64,000 nucleotides of DNA from Flavobacteriales bacterium (GCA_019694805.1 JAIBBG010000001.1:387412-451411), one strand, 5' to 3'; positions 38,743 to 49,650 are shown, counted from the first letter of the stretch. Made by a program: numbers and translations. The notes: a model not told the origin generated them from the letters alone.

Positions 38743-40209
38743 ATGAAAACAAACCTTTCCAATCTACAAAAACTCTTAAGAGCGCGATATTTCGCACTGT
38801 TGAGCATTCTGAGTTTGCTGTCATTCTCAGCTATGGCTGAAGATATACCCTGTTGTCTTCCCTCAGACTTTGTATACACCAATAACAATTGTTCTGTTTG
38901 TCTTGATCCTATTGGTGATTGTCCGGTTAATCAATATACAGTGTCATGGGATTTTGGAGATGGCATTACCTCTACTGATTATTCTCCTTGCCATCAATAT
39001 TCACAAAGTGGAACGTACACCGTTAACATGCAAGTATGTTGTGTTGAAGATCCCGACAGATGTGAATCGTACAAACACGATATTGTCGTTGAATGTTTCT
39101 GCTACGTACCTTGTACTGTCAATGCCGTATTCGTTGTCGAAGAAATAGCACCTTATGCATTCATCCTTTGGGATTATTCCACTCCTGCTTATGGCTATAC
39201 CGTGACGTCATGGAGTTGGACAGTGAATGGTGTACCATTCTCTACAGATCCTACACCGGTATTCGTCGCTAACAATCCAGGCACTTATGACATTTGCCTC
39301 ACAGTAACCGCGTCCAATGGTACAGAAGAATGTAGTTCAGAATTCTGTTGGCCTGTTACATACTCCGACTGCAATTGTCCATTGTCTCCTGATATGAACT
39401 ATGAATCAGGTCATCCGGGAAATCTGGATTATGAGTTTCATGGGTCTGCTGGACCAACAACAACTTGCACGCTTGATTGGTTGTGGGATTTTGGGGATGG
39501 CTCTACAGCTGCAACACAAGATGCTTTTCACACTTATGCCGCACCAGGTACTTATACAGTTTGCCTCACAGTAACCATGTATTGCCCTGAGTTCACTTGC
39601 GTAAGAACCTATTGCGAAGAAGTGACCGTCATGGATGATTGCCCCTGTCCATCAATTGATGACATTGACATTACCATTACCAATATCGGCAACTGCCAAT
39701 TCAACATCACCTATTCGGGTGTGCCAGACTGCTTTTCATTGTACGCAGGTCATTGGAACCTACCCGATGGAGGGCACGATGTCACTGGTAACTCCATCAT
39801 CTATTCAGCGCCATCGAATGGAAACTATAATGGAACATTGACATTGGTGATTGTGAATATGGTTACTCACGACTTCTGTGAAATTGGTCCAATTAATTTC
39901 AGTTGGCACGCAGAGTGTGGCGAACAAAGCAACATGGCTCCTGAAGAAGAGATCAAAGCTTTCAAAGTAACGCCAAATCCCAATGTAGGTGATATGAATA
40001 TTTCATTCTTCAGCACAACAGATGGTGTTGCCACCATTCAAATTCGCGATCTTCATGGTGCAGTACTAAGTTCAGATAAAATCTCGTATTCACATGGCGT
40101 GAACATGATCAATTTGAACAAAGCATCTGTTTTGAAGTCAGGAACATATTCTGTCAATTTGATTACCAGCCGATCTCAACAAAATGTCAAAACGATCGTG
40201 ATCAAGTGA
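38743..40209 (+). CDS. Cys-rich PKD-domain protein with a T9SS type A C-terminal sorting domain
   Basis: WDFGDG occurs twice plus PKD-like modules, and I count 28 Cys in the mature region. The C-terminal FKVTPNPNVGDMNISFFSTTDGVATIQIRDLHGAVL...GTYSVNLIT...KTIVIK is a Por secretion tail. Confidence 0.85.
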   Translation: MKTNLSNLQKLLRARYFALLSILSLLSFSAMAEDIPCCLPSDFVYTNNNCSVCLDPIGDCPVNQYTVSWDFGDGITSTDYSPCHQYSQSGTYTVNMQVCCVEDPDRCESYKHDIVVECFCYVPCTVNAVFVVEEIAPYAFILWDYSTPAYGYTVTSWSWTVNGVPFSTDPTPVFVANNPGTYDICLTVTASNGTEECSSEFCWPVTYSDCNCPLSPDMNYESGHPGNLDYEFHGSAGPTTTCTLDWLWDFGDGSTAATQDAFHTYAAPGTYTVCLTVTMYCPEFTCVRTYCEEVTVMDDCPCPSIDDIDITITNIGNCQFNITYSGVPDCFSLYAGHWNLPDGGHDVTGNSIIYSAPSNGNYNGTLTLVIVNMVTHDFCEIGPINFSWHAECGEQSNMAPEEEIKAFKVTPNPNVGDMNISFFSTTDGVATIQIRDLHGAVLSSDKISYSHGVNMINLNKASVLKSGTYSVNLITSRSQQNVKTIVIK

Positions 40210-40235
40210 TTTAAATATTCAATCCTTTTACCATG

Positions 40236-40277
40236 AAAAAAACAGAGCGGTGATCATGATCACCGCTCTGTTTCTTT
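40236..40277 (+). terminator. terminator after the PKD/T9SS gene
   Basis: A 15-bp stem AACAGAGCGGTGATC / GATCACCGCTCTGTT followed by TCTTTGTT. Confidence 0.8.
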
Positions 40278-40381
40278 GTTGCGTTTAATCTTTAATCAGT
40301 TGAAAGAATACCTGATTTTGCATCACTGCTGTTGATACATGAATATCTGAAATGTGAAGGTGCTTATAAATTTTACATCAT

Positions 40382-40412
40382 AAAAAAAGCCCCTCAAAAA
40401 TTTGAGGGGCTC
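40382..40412 (-). terminator. atpC terminator
   Basis: On the minus strand, GCCCCTCAAA-TT-TTTGAGGGGC is followed by TTTTTTT. Confidence 0.8.
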
Positions 40413-40433
40413 ATTCATGACTTTGGTTAAATA

Positions 40434-40670
40434 TCACTCAGCAAGTATGGTCACTTTGTTCTTAAACACTTCAACTGTACCACCCTTCACATCGAATTTA
40501 TGTTCCTTACCTGCATTATCCTTGACACGTACCACACCTTTCTTCAATGAAGAAATCATCGGTGCGTGATGATTCAATACACCCAGACTACCATCACTTC
40601 CAGGAAGGTAAATGTAATTACCCTCTCCTTCGAATAATGTTGCTTCTGGTGTGATGATCTCAATTTTCAT
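40434..40670 (-). CDS. atpC: F0F1 ATP synthase subunit epsilon, short form (78 aa)
   Basis: MKIEIITPEATLFEGEGNYIYLPGSDGSLGVLNHHAPMISSLKKG matches the epsilon beta-sandwich, and the gene lies immediately downstream of atpD. Confidence 0.9.
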   Translation of the reverse strand: MKIEIITPEATLFEGEGNYIYLPGSDGSLGVLNHHAPMISSLKKGVVRVKDNAGKEHKFDVKGGTVEVFKNKVTILAE

Positions 40671-40693
40671 TTTTGGTCTCTTATAAATCTTAA

Positions 40694-42205
<1,512 letters not shown>

Positions 42206-42343
42206 TTACGGGTTAAATTTTCGGCCGCGAAAGTAATCACCGGAAAGGGTTTCTGAAAACTTTTCTCCGGCTTTCTTCAATGATTTTTTCGAACGTCCGG
42301 AACATGGCCTTTTCAGGCGTCATAAAAGGTCTGTACCGAACTG

Positions 42344-42766
42344 TTATTCGGCCCACATAAATAGACGTGGATTGTCCTTGAACTTTTCAATGTCTTTGGA
42401 AAAAATGAGCAAACCCAGGTCGACAAGCCATAAAACTCCACCACCGCCAAGTGATAAGGCATAAAATACCGGAACCTTCAATTCCGTGCCGAGATAAAGC
42501 CTATGCATTCCTAAAACACCCAGGGTAATATCGAGAACAATAGCCACCAATCTTGGATTCTCCTGTCTGACTGTATCATCTGAAGCAATCCAATTTCTGA
42601 TGGAATAAATCTGGTCACCCTGTTGTTGGAAAAATAGCCTTCCCGTGACAGATTCCAATCGTTCTGAAATGCGCGATTGGGCGCGTAATGATGCAGTACC
42701 CAACAAAATGATGGCACTGCAAATGAGTATTCTGATCAAAGCCCTGCTGGAATTAACGTCCTGCAA
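42344..42766 (-). CDS. TM2 domain-containing membrane protein
   Basis: Signal peptide followed by GVLGMHRLYLGTELKVPVFYALSLGGGGVLWLVDLGLLIF, the TM2 pattern G.HRFYLG...GG.G.W...D. Confidence 0.7.
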   Translation of the reverse strand: MQDVNSSRALIRILICSAIILLGTASLRAQSRISERLESVTGRLFFQQQGDQIYSIRNWIASDDTVRQENPRLVAIVLDITLGVLGMHRLYLGTELKVPVFYALSLGGGGVLWLVDLGLLIFSKDIEKFKDNPRLFMWAE

Positions 42767-42776
42767 TTCAATCTTA

Positions 42777-43829
42777 TCAGGTTAAAATGAGCATGGCATC
42801 GCCATATGCCCAAAAACGGTACTTGTTTTTGATCGCCTCATTGTACGCATGCATGATGAGGTCATAACCGCCATAGGCCGTTACACACATCAACAATGCA
42901 CTCTCCGGCTGATGGAAATTGGTGATCAGGCTATCTGCAATATTGAATTCGTATGGCGGATAAATGAATTTGCTGATCCATCCATCATATGGCTTCAAAA
43001 GACGCTCAGTGCTGACGCTGCTTTCAAACGCACGCAATACTGTATTGCCCACAGCACAAACACGATGACCTGAAGTCAGTGCTTTATTGACAACACCTAC
43101 AGTTTCCTCAGGAATGATGCACTGCTCACTTTCCATTTTGTGTTTGGTGAGGTCTTCTACTTCAACCTGTCGGAAAGTACCCAAGCCAATGTGCATCGTG
43201 ATTTCGGCCATATTTACACCTTTGATCTCACAACGCTTCAGCAATTCGCGACTGAAATGCAAACCAGCTGTTGGCGCAGCAACAGAACCTTCATGTTTGG
43301 CGAATATGGTCTGAAACCATTCTTCGTCTTCAGGTTCTACCGGACGTTTGATGTATTTGGGAACGGGAGTTTCACCCAGTTTGTATACGAGTTTCTTAAA
43401 GTCGTCGTGACTGCCATCGTAAAGGAAACGCAGCGTTCTACCTCTTGAAGTGGTGTTATCGATAACCTCAGCTACGAGTTCATCATTTTCACCAAAATAA
43501 AGCTTGTTGCCTATCCTGATTTTACGAGCTGGATCCACTACGGTATCCCACAATAGACTTTGTTCATTGAGCTCCCTGAGCATGAACACTTCGATCATGC
43601 TTCCGGTTTTCTCTTTATTACCGTACATCCTGGCCGGAAAAACACGCGTGTTGTTATTGACAAACACATCCCCTTCATCAAAATAATCAAGGATGTCTTT
43701 GAACATTTTGTGTTCAATCTTACCAGTCTGCTTATGCACCACCATCAGGCGGCTTTCATCACGGTGTTTCGCTGGATACTGAGCGATCAGCTCTTCTGGC
43801 AGTTTATACCTAAACTGCCCTAGCTTCAT
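42777..43829 (-). CDS. queA: S-adenosylmethionine:tRNA ribosyltransferase-isomerase
   Basis: [30 protein letters not shown] is a canonical QueA N-terminus. The track start at 43886 adds 19 unlikely residues. Confidence 0.92.
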   Translation of the reverse strand: MKLGQFRYKLPEELIAQYPAKHRDESRLMVVHKQTGKIEHKMFKDILDYFDEGDVFVNNNTRVFPARMYGNKEKTGSMIEVFMLRELNEQSLLWDTVVDPARKIRIGNKLYFGENDELVAEVIDNTTSRGRTLRFLYDGSHDDFKKLVYKLGETPVPKYIKRPVEPEDEEWFQTIFAKHEGSVAAPTAGLHFSRELLKRCEIKGVNMAEITMHIGLGTFRQVEVEDLTKHKMESEQCIIPEETVGVVNKALTSGHRVCAVGNTVLRAFESSVSTERLLKPYDGWISKFIYPPYEFNIADSLITNFHQPESALLMCVTAYGGYDLIMHAYNEAIKNKYRFWAYGDAMLILT

Positions 43830-43920
43830 CATGGAAATCAATGGTCTGCGATTTAAATTGGGGGCCGAATGTACGATTTTAAACAACGAATGTAAAGAAC
43901 AAAATGCAATGCGTTATTTT

Positions 43921-44700
43921 TCAACTACTTACAACCTGATTTTGGCCACAAATCTCGTCCAGTTTACTCATTAAATCGTTCATTGTCAGAGCCCGTTCAA
44001 TACCAAATGGCGCACTTGCTGTCCGTCTTAATGCCGTAAGATGGGAACCCGATTGAAGACGTTGTCCAATATCATGGGCAAGTGTTCGGATATAGGTACC
44101 CTTTGAGCAATCGATGAGAAACCTTGATTGATTTTCTACGAAATCCAGAATTTCAAATTTTGCAACGTTTATTCTGGAAGGCGGGATTTCAACATGTATT
44201 CCCTTTCTGGCAGAGGCGTAGGCACGTTTACCATCAACCTGTTTGGCGCTAAAAACCGGTGGTTTTTGCCACTGCTCTCCGGTCATCCTTTTCGCTTCCT
44301 CACGCAAGACTTCAAGATTGAGGTGTGAGGTGGGAAAATCTCCTTCCGGCGCCGTCTCCAAATCATAGCTCGGTGTGGTCTGTCCAAAACGAATAACTCC
44401 AGTGTATTGCTTCTCGCCACCCTGAAATTGATCGATTTTTTTGGTGAATTTGCCAGTACAAATTACCAAAAGTCCTGTTGCTAAAGGATCCAACGTGCCG
44501 GCATGACCAATTTTAAAGCGAGGTTGATCTCCTTGCGCGTTCAAAGGAATGGTGATATTTCTTCTGACATAACCCTTGATGCGATTCACTACATCAAAAC
44601 TGGTCCACCCATGTGGTTTATCAATGAGTAGTACTGTGCCTTCAATGAAGTGGACGACAGAATCAATGCGATTGACTTCAATATGTTCAGATTCCTGCAT
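43921..44700 (-). CDS. truB: tRNA pseudouridine(55) synthase
   Basis: LLIDKPHGWTSFDVV and the GHAGTLDPLATGLL catalytic Asp motif. Confidence 0.93.
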   Translation of the reverse strand: MQESEHIEVNRIDSVVHFIEGTVLLIDKPHGWTSFDVVNRIKGYVRRNITIPLNAQGDQPRFKIGHAGTLDPLATGLLVICTGKFTKKIDQFQGGEKQYTGVIRFGQTTPSYDLETAPEGDFPTSHLNLEVLREEAKRMTGEQWQKPPVFSAKQVDGKRAYASARKGIHVEIPPSRINVAKFEILDFVENQSRFLIDCSKGTYIRTLAHDIGQRLQSGSHLTALRRTASAPFGIERALTMNDLMSKLDEICGQNQVVSS

Positions 44701-44716
44701 CGCGGCAAACTTAATT

Positions 44717-44940
44717 CTTTAACCCAGATCATGCGATCGATTTCGTCAATGAGATTCAATACACCAACGAATGAGAACACTCGCGCAATTTCCGGGCGCA
44801 CAAACATGGAAACCCTGAACGGTTTCACTCCCGTGGTGGGCACCCGAAACGAGCAAAACCTGTAACGCCAAAGCGGGATGAGAGTATTCAAAGGTGTTTT
44901 GGATCGAAAATGAAATTCGACTGCATGATCTGGGTTGAAG
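44717..44940. repeat. ~224-bp element bounded by ~28-nt imperfect inverted repeats (MITE-like or long-stem RNA)
   Basis: Left arm 44717-44745 is CTTTAACCCAGATCATGCGATCGATTTCG. The reverse complement of the right arm 44912-44940 is CTTCAACCCAGATCATGCAGTCGAATTTC. There is a central perfect hairpin GAAACC-CTGAAC-GGTTTC (44809-44826) and a flanking GGGCGC/GCACCC stem. Confidence 0.6.
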
Positions 44941-44943
44941 TCA

Positions 44944-46017
44944 TCAGGCCGCGCCCATTCTTTTTAGGTATTTGTAATGAGAAATCAATGCACCGATAAA
45001 GGTTGAACTATGATATGGCAAACCAAATTTCACAGCGATCCTTTGAATGGAATATGTGATATGTCGGTTCATGGTATGTGGCCATTTCGGTAAAAGGTGG
45101 TGAGCCGCATGTGCATTAAAACCGCCAAGAAACCAATTCATCAAGATGCTTTTCGGACGATAATCCATCGCTGTTGCCAATTGATGTTCGAAATAATTCA
45201 TCGGCAAAACACCTTCATTATTTTTTATCGGAAATGCTGTCTCACAAGTAAGATGTGATATGATCAAGGTCCAGACAAAAAACACCGATATCACCAGGTG
45301 CATACAAACAAATGACAATAAAACAAGTCCGAACGAATAGCCACAATAAACAGGAATACCCAAGTAGAAAAGCAAGTAAATCAACTTCCAGAAATAAAAA
45401 CGAAAAACCTCCAATGTGCTATGCTGAATATTTCTGAGATTGGAGAGTTCTTTTTTGCCGAGATAAATAAAGTCTTTATAAAAAATCCAATGCAGGGTAT
45501 AGAACATGTAAAGGAAAGTGGCATAAACATGCTGGTACTTATGCAGCCTGCGTTTGCGATGTGTTGGTGAAAGTCGGAGTAAAACACTTTCATCCAGATC
45601 TGCATCAGTACCATCCACATTAGGAAAAAGATGGTGGGAAGCAATGTGACGCATTTTCCATAAATAACTATTCACACCATTGATATTAAAGGTGAATCTA
45701 AAGATTACCGAATTGATCACCTTGTTCTTAGAAAATGTACCATGTGCTGCATCATGCGCTGCGTTAAAAGCAAGTAGGATACCCAACAGGCCAAAGATGA
45801 TATAGTGAGTTAAAAATGCCATTGGGTTTTGATATTCTGCGAATACTAAACCAATAAAAGAAGACACAAATGCAACGAGATAAAACAAGAGTTTGATCCA
45901 AAGCACGACGTATGCCCTTCGTAGCATTGAACCGTCCTTATTCAAGATTTTCATACGCTCCTTCAATTCCTGAGCGATAAGTTGATGCCCTGATGGGGAA
46001 AACGAGATTTTTTGCAT
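44944..46017 (-). CDS. membrane fatty-acid desaturase (three His boxes)
   Basis: HDAAHG, HIASHH and HAAHH boxes separated by hydrophobic spans, 357 aa. Confidence 0.85.
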   Translation of the reverse strand: MQKISFSPSGHQLIAQELKERMKILNKDGSMLRRAYVVLWIKLLFYLVAFVSSFIGLVFAEYQNPMAFLTHYIIFGLLGILLAFNAAHDAAHGTFSKNKVINSVIFRFTFNINGVNSYLWKMRHIASHHLFPNVDGTDADLDESVLLRLSPTHRKRRLHKYQHVYATFLYMFYTLHWIFYKDFIYLGKKELSNLRNIQHSTLEVFRFYFWKLIYLLFYLGIPVYCGYSFGLVLLSFVCMHLVISVFFVWTLIISHLTCETAFPIKNNEGVLPMNYFEHQLATAMDYRPKSILMNWFLGGFNAHAAHHLLPKWPHTMNRHITYSIQRIAVKFGLPYHSSTFIGALISHYKYLKRMGAA

Positions 46018-46045
46018 GTCAAAAGAATGAGTGTGTATTTGAATG

Positions 46046-47965
46046 TTAGTGTATTCGCACGAAGCCCTTGTGATTGATACTGCCGATCAATTTGCTGTCG
46101 AACCATCCATCTCTCAATGTAATCCTGCAGTGTTCCGGATCAAGAGAGGTACTGATGCTCGGACTTTTGATCCAAATTTTACCAGCTACATCATGACCTA
46201 GCTCCCGCATGGCATCATCGCAAACTTTCAACGCTACTCCCGGCAATGGCTTGCCTACCGTTCCTTCTTCTTCATTCTCCTGCTCCATCATTTTCCCTGC
46301 AATGTCCTTACCCTGATAATTGCTCAGGTTCACCGCAAATACCGATGCCGTTTCATTCATTCCTGCGCAGACAAAGACATCAATTCCCCTTTCATTCAAC
46401 ACTTGTATGTCATGATGTTCGGGATGGAGATCTGCTGTGAAAATGTGTGTGAGAAAGGGAATATTCTTCAATTGTGATAGTTCTGCAATTGCTTTCAATT
46501 GAAGTGGTGTGGCAATGACCAGCGATGGTTTTCTTTCAATCAAACGTGCAATGAATTGATCAGCTTTGATATTTTCCAAAACAATGTCTACGTGCAGTTG
46601 ATACAATAGTGGTTGAATGAATTCAAGCACAAAGCCATATGCATGATGCAATGGTAAATTACTCATCATGCAGGTTTCTTCCCCGAAGTAATATACCTGA
46701 CGCAGCCCCAATACAACCGACAAGATTTGGCGATGATTCAGTGCCACACATTTCAATTCATCTCCTTTTTTGCTTCGCTCAAATACAATGGTAACGGGTT
46801 GTTCTGGATCGGCCGCTTTCCTAAATGCCGATGAAACCCTTTTGCTGAATGATTCCAATCGCCTACAGATCACGTGTACCTTTTGACCTTTTGCGATGGC
46901 TTCCGCAAGATGTTCAGTGTAGATGATCTTCTCCGCATTGGGAGAATATCTCGAAAATTCAAGGTCCATGGTGGTGATCAACGTAGAGATCCTTGCCCTT
47001 TTGATGACAAAAAAACGTTCTTCATTGGTGAATTCAGGATTGATGTTGACAATGGTTTTTCTATTCAACAACAACCACAAATTCAGTAAGTATGCATTTT
47101 CATCTTTGGGTAACAACAACCCGATACGATCTTCATCTTTGACAAGGGGAAGCAGTGCTTCATCCAACTGTGCCAACTTCTGATTCAATTCATGAAAAAA
47201 CAATTCCCTTTCACCGCATATCCATGATCCACTGCTATTCATGCTCAATTCACTTCTGATGAGTTCGTCCAATGGACGACTTCTTCGGAGCATGAGGTCA
47301 AAATTTTCTACCTCAAGTTCTTTGATTCGCTGACGCAGGGAGAAGGCAAAGATTTTACCCTCAATAGGCCCACCGATATTCACCAATACTTCCCTTCTCA
47401 TTGTTTTCCACGTAAACTTTTCTACCCCCTTTTTTCCAGCCCTGAAAGTGAATGGTGTACCCTGAACGTTGTGAAAATGTATTGGAATGATTGGACCATT
47501 AATCATTCCTGAAAGATGTTCAACTCCCTTTTTAAATTCGAGCAATTGACCTGTTCTGGTAACTGTACCTTCCGCAAAAATCACGACAACATGGCCATTG
47601 TTGACTTGTTCCGAAACGGCTTGATTGAATGAATCGAAATTGTTTTTTCCACCTCTCGGTGAAATAGGGATACAACGTAATCCTTTCAGCAGCCACTTCA
47701 AAGTTGGCTTGTTGTAAACGTCGGAATTCATCACAAAACTCACATGACGATTGACAGAACTCAGCACCAAAACAAAATCCATGTATGATGCATGGTTCGC
47801 CACAAGCAAGGCACCGCCTTCTGCCGGTATGTTTTCAATACCACGGATATTCAATCGATAAACAATCCTCCCTACCAATCGAACAAATCCGCGAAGAATC
47901 CACCCAAGAATTTTGTACATCCACTTTTCCATTTTCAAATTATTGATGTCACAAATGAACACCAT
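46046..47965 (-). CDS. PlsC-type acyltransferase fused to a degenerate ANL (acyl-ACP/CoA synthetase-like) domain, Aas-like architecture
   Basis: The N-terminus has ANHASYMDF (HX4D) and FAEGTVTRTG acyltransferase blocks. The C-terminal ~400 aa align by eye to an ANL fold (LHHAYGF, AGMNETA, TLRDGWFDS), but core motifs are altered (see findings). The start could also be at M12 or M16. Confidence 0.7.
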   Translation of the reverse strand: MVFICDINNLKMEKWMYKILGWILRGFVRLVGRIVYRLNIRGIENIPAEGGALLVANHASYMDFVLVLSSVNRHVSFVMNSDVYNKPTLKWLLKGLRCIPISPRGGKNNFDSFNQAVSEQVNNGHVVVIFAEGTVTRTGQLLEFKKGVEHLSGMINGPIIPIHFHNVQGTPFTFRAGKKGVEKFTWKTMRREVLVNIGGPIEGKIFAFSLRQRIKELEVENFDLMLRRSRPLDELIRSELSMNSSGSWICGERELFFHELNQKLAQLDEALLPLVKDEDRIGLLLPKDENAYLLNLWLLLNRKTIVNINPEFTNEERFFVIKRARISTLITTMDLEFSRYSPNAEKIIYTEHLAEAIAKGQKVHVICRRLESFSKRVSSAFRKAADPEQPVTIVFERSKKGDELKCVALNHRQILSVVLGLRQVYYFGEETCMMSNLPLHHAYGFVLEFIQPLLYQLHVDIVLENIKADQFIARLIERKPSLVIATPLQLKAIAELSQLKNIPFLTHIFTADLHPEHHDIQVLNERGIDVFVCAGMNETASVFAVNLSNYQGKDIAGKMMEQENEEEGTVGKPLPGVALKVCDDAMRELGHDVAGKIWIKSPSISTSLDPEHCRITLRDGWFDSKLIGSINHKGFVRIH

Positions 47966-48101
47966 TTCTTGGGTGTCAAATCCAATGATATTCCATTTTA
48001 CGTACTCTCATTTTTGAACATATTCTACATATTCAACCATACAATCCTTATTTTATAGACATTTCCAAAATACAAATCTCAGAAAACGTATTTTTGTTTT
48101 T

Positions 48102-49607
48102 ATGAAATTCCTTGAACAAACCATATTGCTTTTGGACAATAAAGAGCGTGATGATTTTGTGCTTGACCTAAAAAAAAACCGAAATAACCGCAAGGATGTT
48201 GAATTGTTTCTCTTGTTAAGCAAGAACCCAAATGCCAAAGCAGCAGAAGTGGTTCGCAAGCTCTATTCAACATCCAATATGAATGCTTATCATAGTTTGC
48301 GCAAAAGATTGATGTTGCTTCTTACAGGATTCATTTCCATGCGCAGCATGCAAGCGTCCATAAGTGGTGAGGAATACGCTCCTGGTCTGTTAGCAGTAGC
48401 AAGGTTTATGATAGAAAAAACGCAATTCGATATTGCTTCATTCTATTTGAAAAAGGCCGAGAAAGCTGCACTTAAAAATGAGAACTACGACATTCTTGAA
48501 AATGTCTATAACCTGCAAATTGCTTACGCACAAGAATTCAACAGCAACCTTGATCAACTCTTGAAAAAATGGAGACAGAATCAAGAAAAATATCTACTCC
48601 GTCAAAAGCTGGACATTGCTTATGCCGTAATTCGAAAACAACTGTCAGACGCCCGCCGGCATGGAGACATTCTTGATCCGGACCAGGTCATACATACAGT
48701 ATTTCGTGAATTTGACATTTCTGTTCACGAAGCTAACAATCCTTCCTTCATGTTTAGAATTGTTTCCTTCACGAGGTCAGCTATTGTTTCTTCAAAAGGA
48801 TACTATGTGATGGAGCCCATGTTGTTGCGTATATATACGAGGCTCAAAAAAACGCGTTCATTTGGTCGAAAAGATGAACTCATTGAGTTGGGTTTCGTTT
48901 ACATGATTGCACATGTTCTTTACCGCAACAGGAAATTTCAAGAAGCGATTGAGTGGGTCAATCGTATGAATGAGGTTCTTCATCCTGTGCAATTCCGAAC
49001 ATCGGTTTATTATGCAAAATATATTCAGCTTAGAGCTGCAATTTCTGGCTTCAGTGGAAAAAATAAAGAAGCCATTGAAGTGATCAGCAAAACCCTCAGA
49101 GGAAACAACCGACACATCCTTTATGAAGAAAGGCTCAATATGCAGTTGAATCTTGCGGTGTATTATTTTCAAGCCACTGAATATCGCAAAGCCCTCAGTC
49201 AATTGAGAAGCTTCGGGCACACGGATGGATTTCTGGAAGGCAAAATGGGTAAAGAATGGCGTTTCAAAAAAAACATGATCGAATTGATTGTGTTGTATGA
49301 ACTCCATGAGGAAGATCTCGCTCTCCAGCGCATCAGGAGTATAGAAAAGTACTTTCAAAAATTTTTAGAACATCCTGCGTATCTCAGGGCTAGTCTTTTC
49401 CTGGGTTTCATCAAAAGGGTCATCCATTCACCAACGACCATCCCCACTCCTCAATTTGCAGAAGAAGTGGTAGAGGCGCGTATGGGATGGGAAGAACACA
49501 GGGAAGACATTCAAGCCATTACCTTCTTTTGTTGGTTAAAAAGTAAGATGCTCAAACGACCTTATTATGAAGTCCTGATTGAAACCATGCATACCCGGCC
49601 GCAATAA
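48102..49607 (+). CDS. hypothetical all-alpha (TPR-like) cytoplasmic protein
   Basis: A 501-aa helical protein with no signal peptide and no catalytic motif that I recognise. Confidence 0.55.
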   Translation: MKFLEQTILLLDNKERDDFVLDLKKNRNNRKDVELFLLLSKNPNAKAAEVVRKLYSTSNMNAYHSLRKRLMLLLTGFISMRSMQASISGEEYAPGLLAVARFMIEKTQFDIASFYLKKAEKAALKNENYDILENVYNLQIAYAQEFNSNLDQLLKKWRQNQEKYLLRQKLDIAYAVIRKQLSDARRHGDILDPDQVIHTVFREFDISVHEANNPSFMFRIVSFTRSAIVSSKGYYVMEPMLLRIYTRLKKTRSFGRKDELIELGFVYMIAHVLYRNRKFQEAIEWVNRMNEVLHPVQFRTSVYYAKYIQLRAAISGFSGKNKEAIEVISKTLRGNNRHILYEERLNMQLNLAVYYFQATEYRKALSQLRSFGHTDGFLEGKMGKEWRFKKNMIELIVLYELHEEDLALQRIRSIEKYFQKFLEHPAYLRASLFLGFIKRVIHSPTTIPTPQFAEEVVEARMGWEEHREDIQAITFFCWLKSKMLKRPYYEVLIETMHTRPQ

Positions 49608-49650
49608 CTTAAATTGGCAAACAACAAGAAGTGTAATAGATTTGACTCCC

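Noticed and set aside
44589-44891. 100-aa minus-strand ORF and 71-aa plus-strand ORF across the truB upstream region
   Set aside because: One overlaps the truB coding sequence out of frame. Both span the inverted-repeat element and are better explained as non-coding sequence.
48858-49358. 166-aa ORF antisense to the 501-aa hypothetical gene
   Set aside because: The sense ORF is three times longer and has coherent helical periodicity. The antisense ORF has none.
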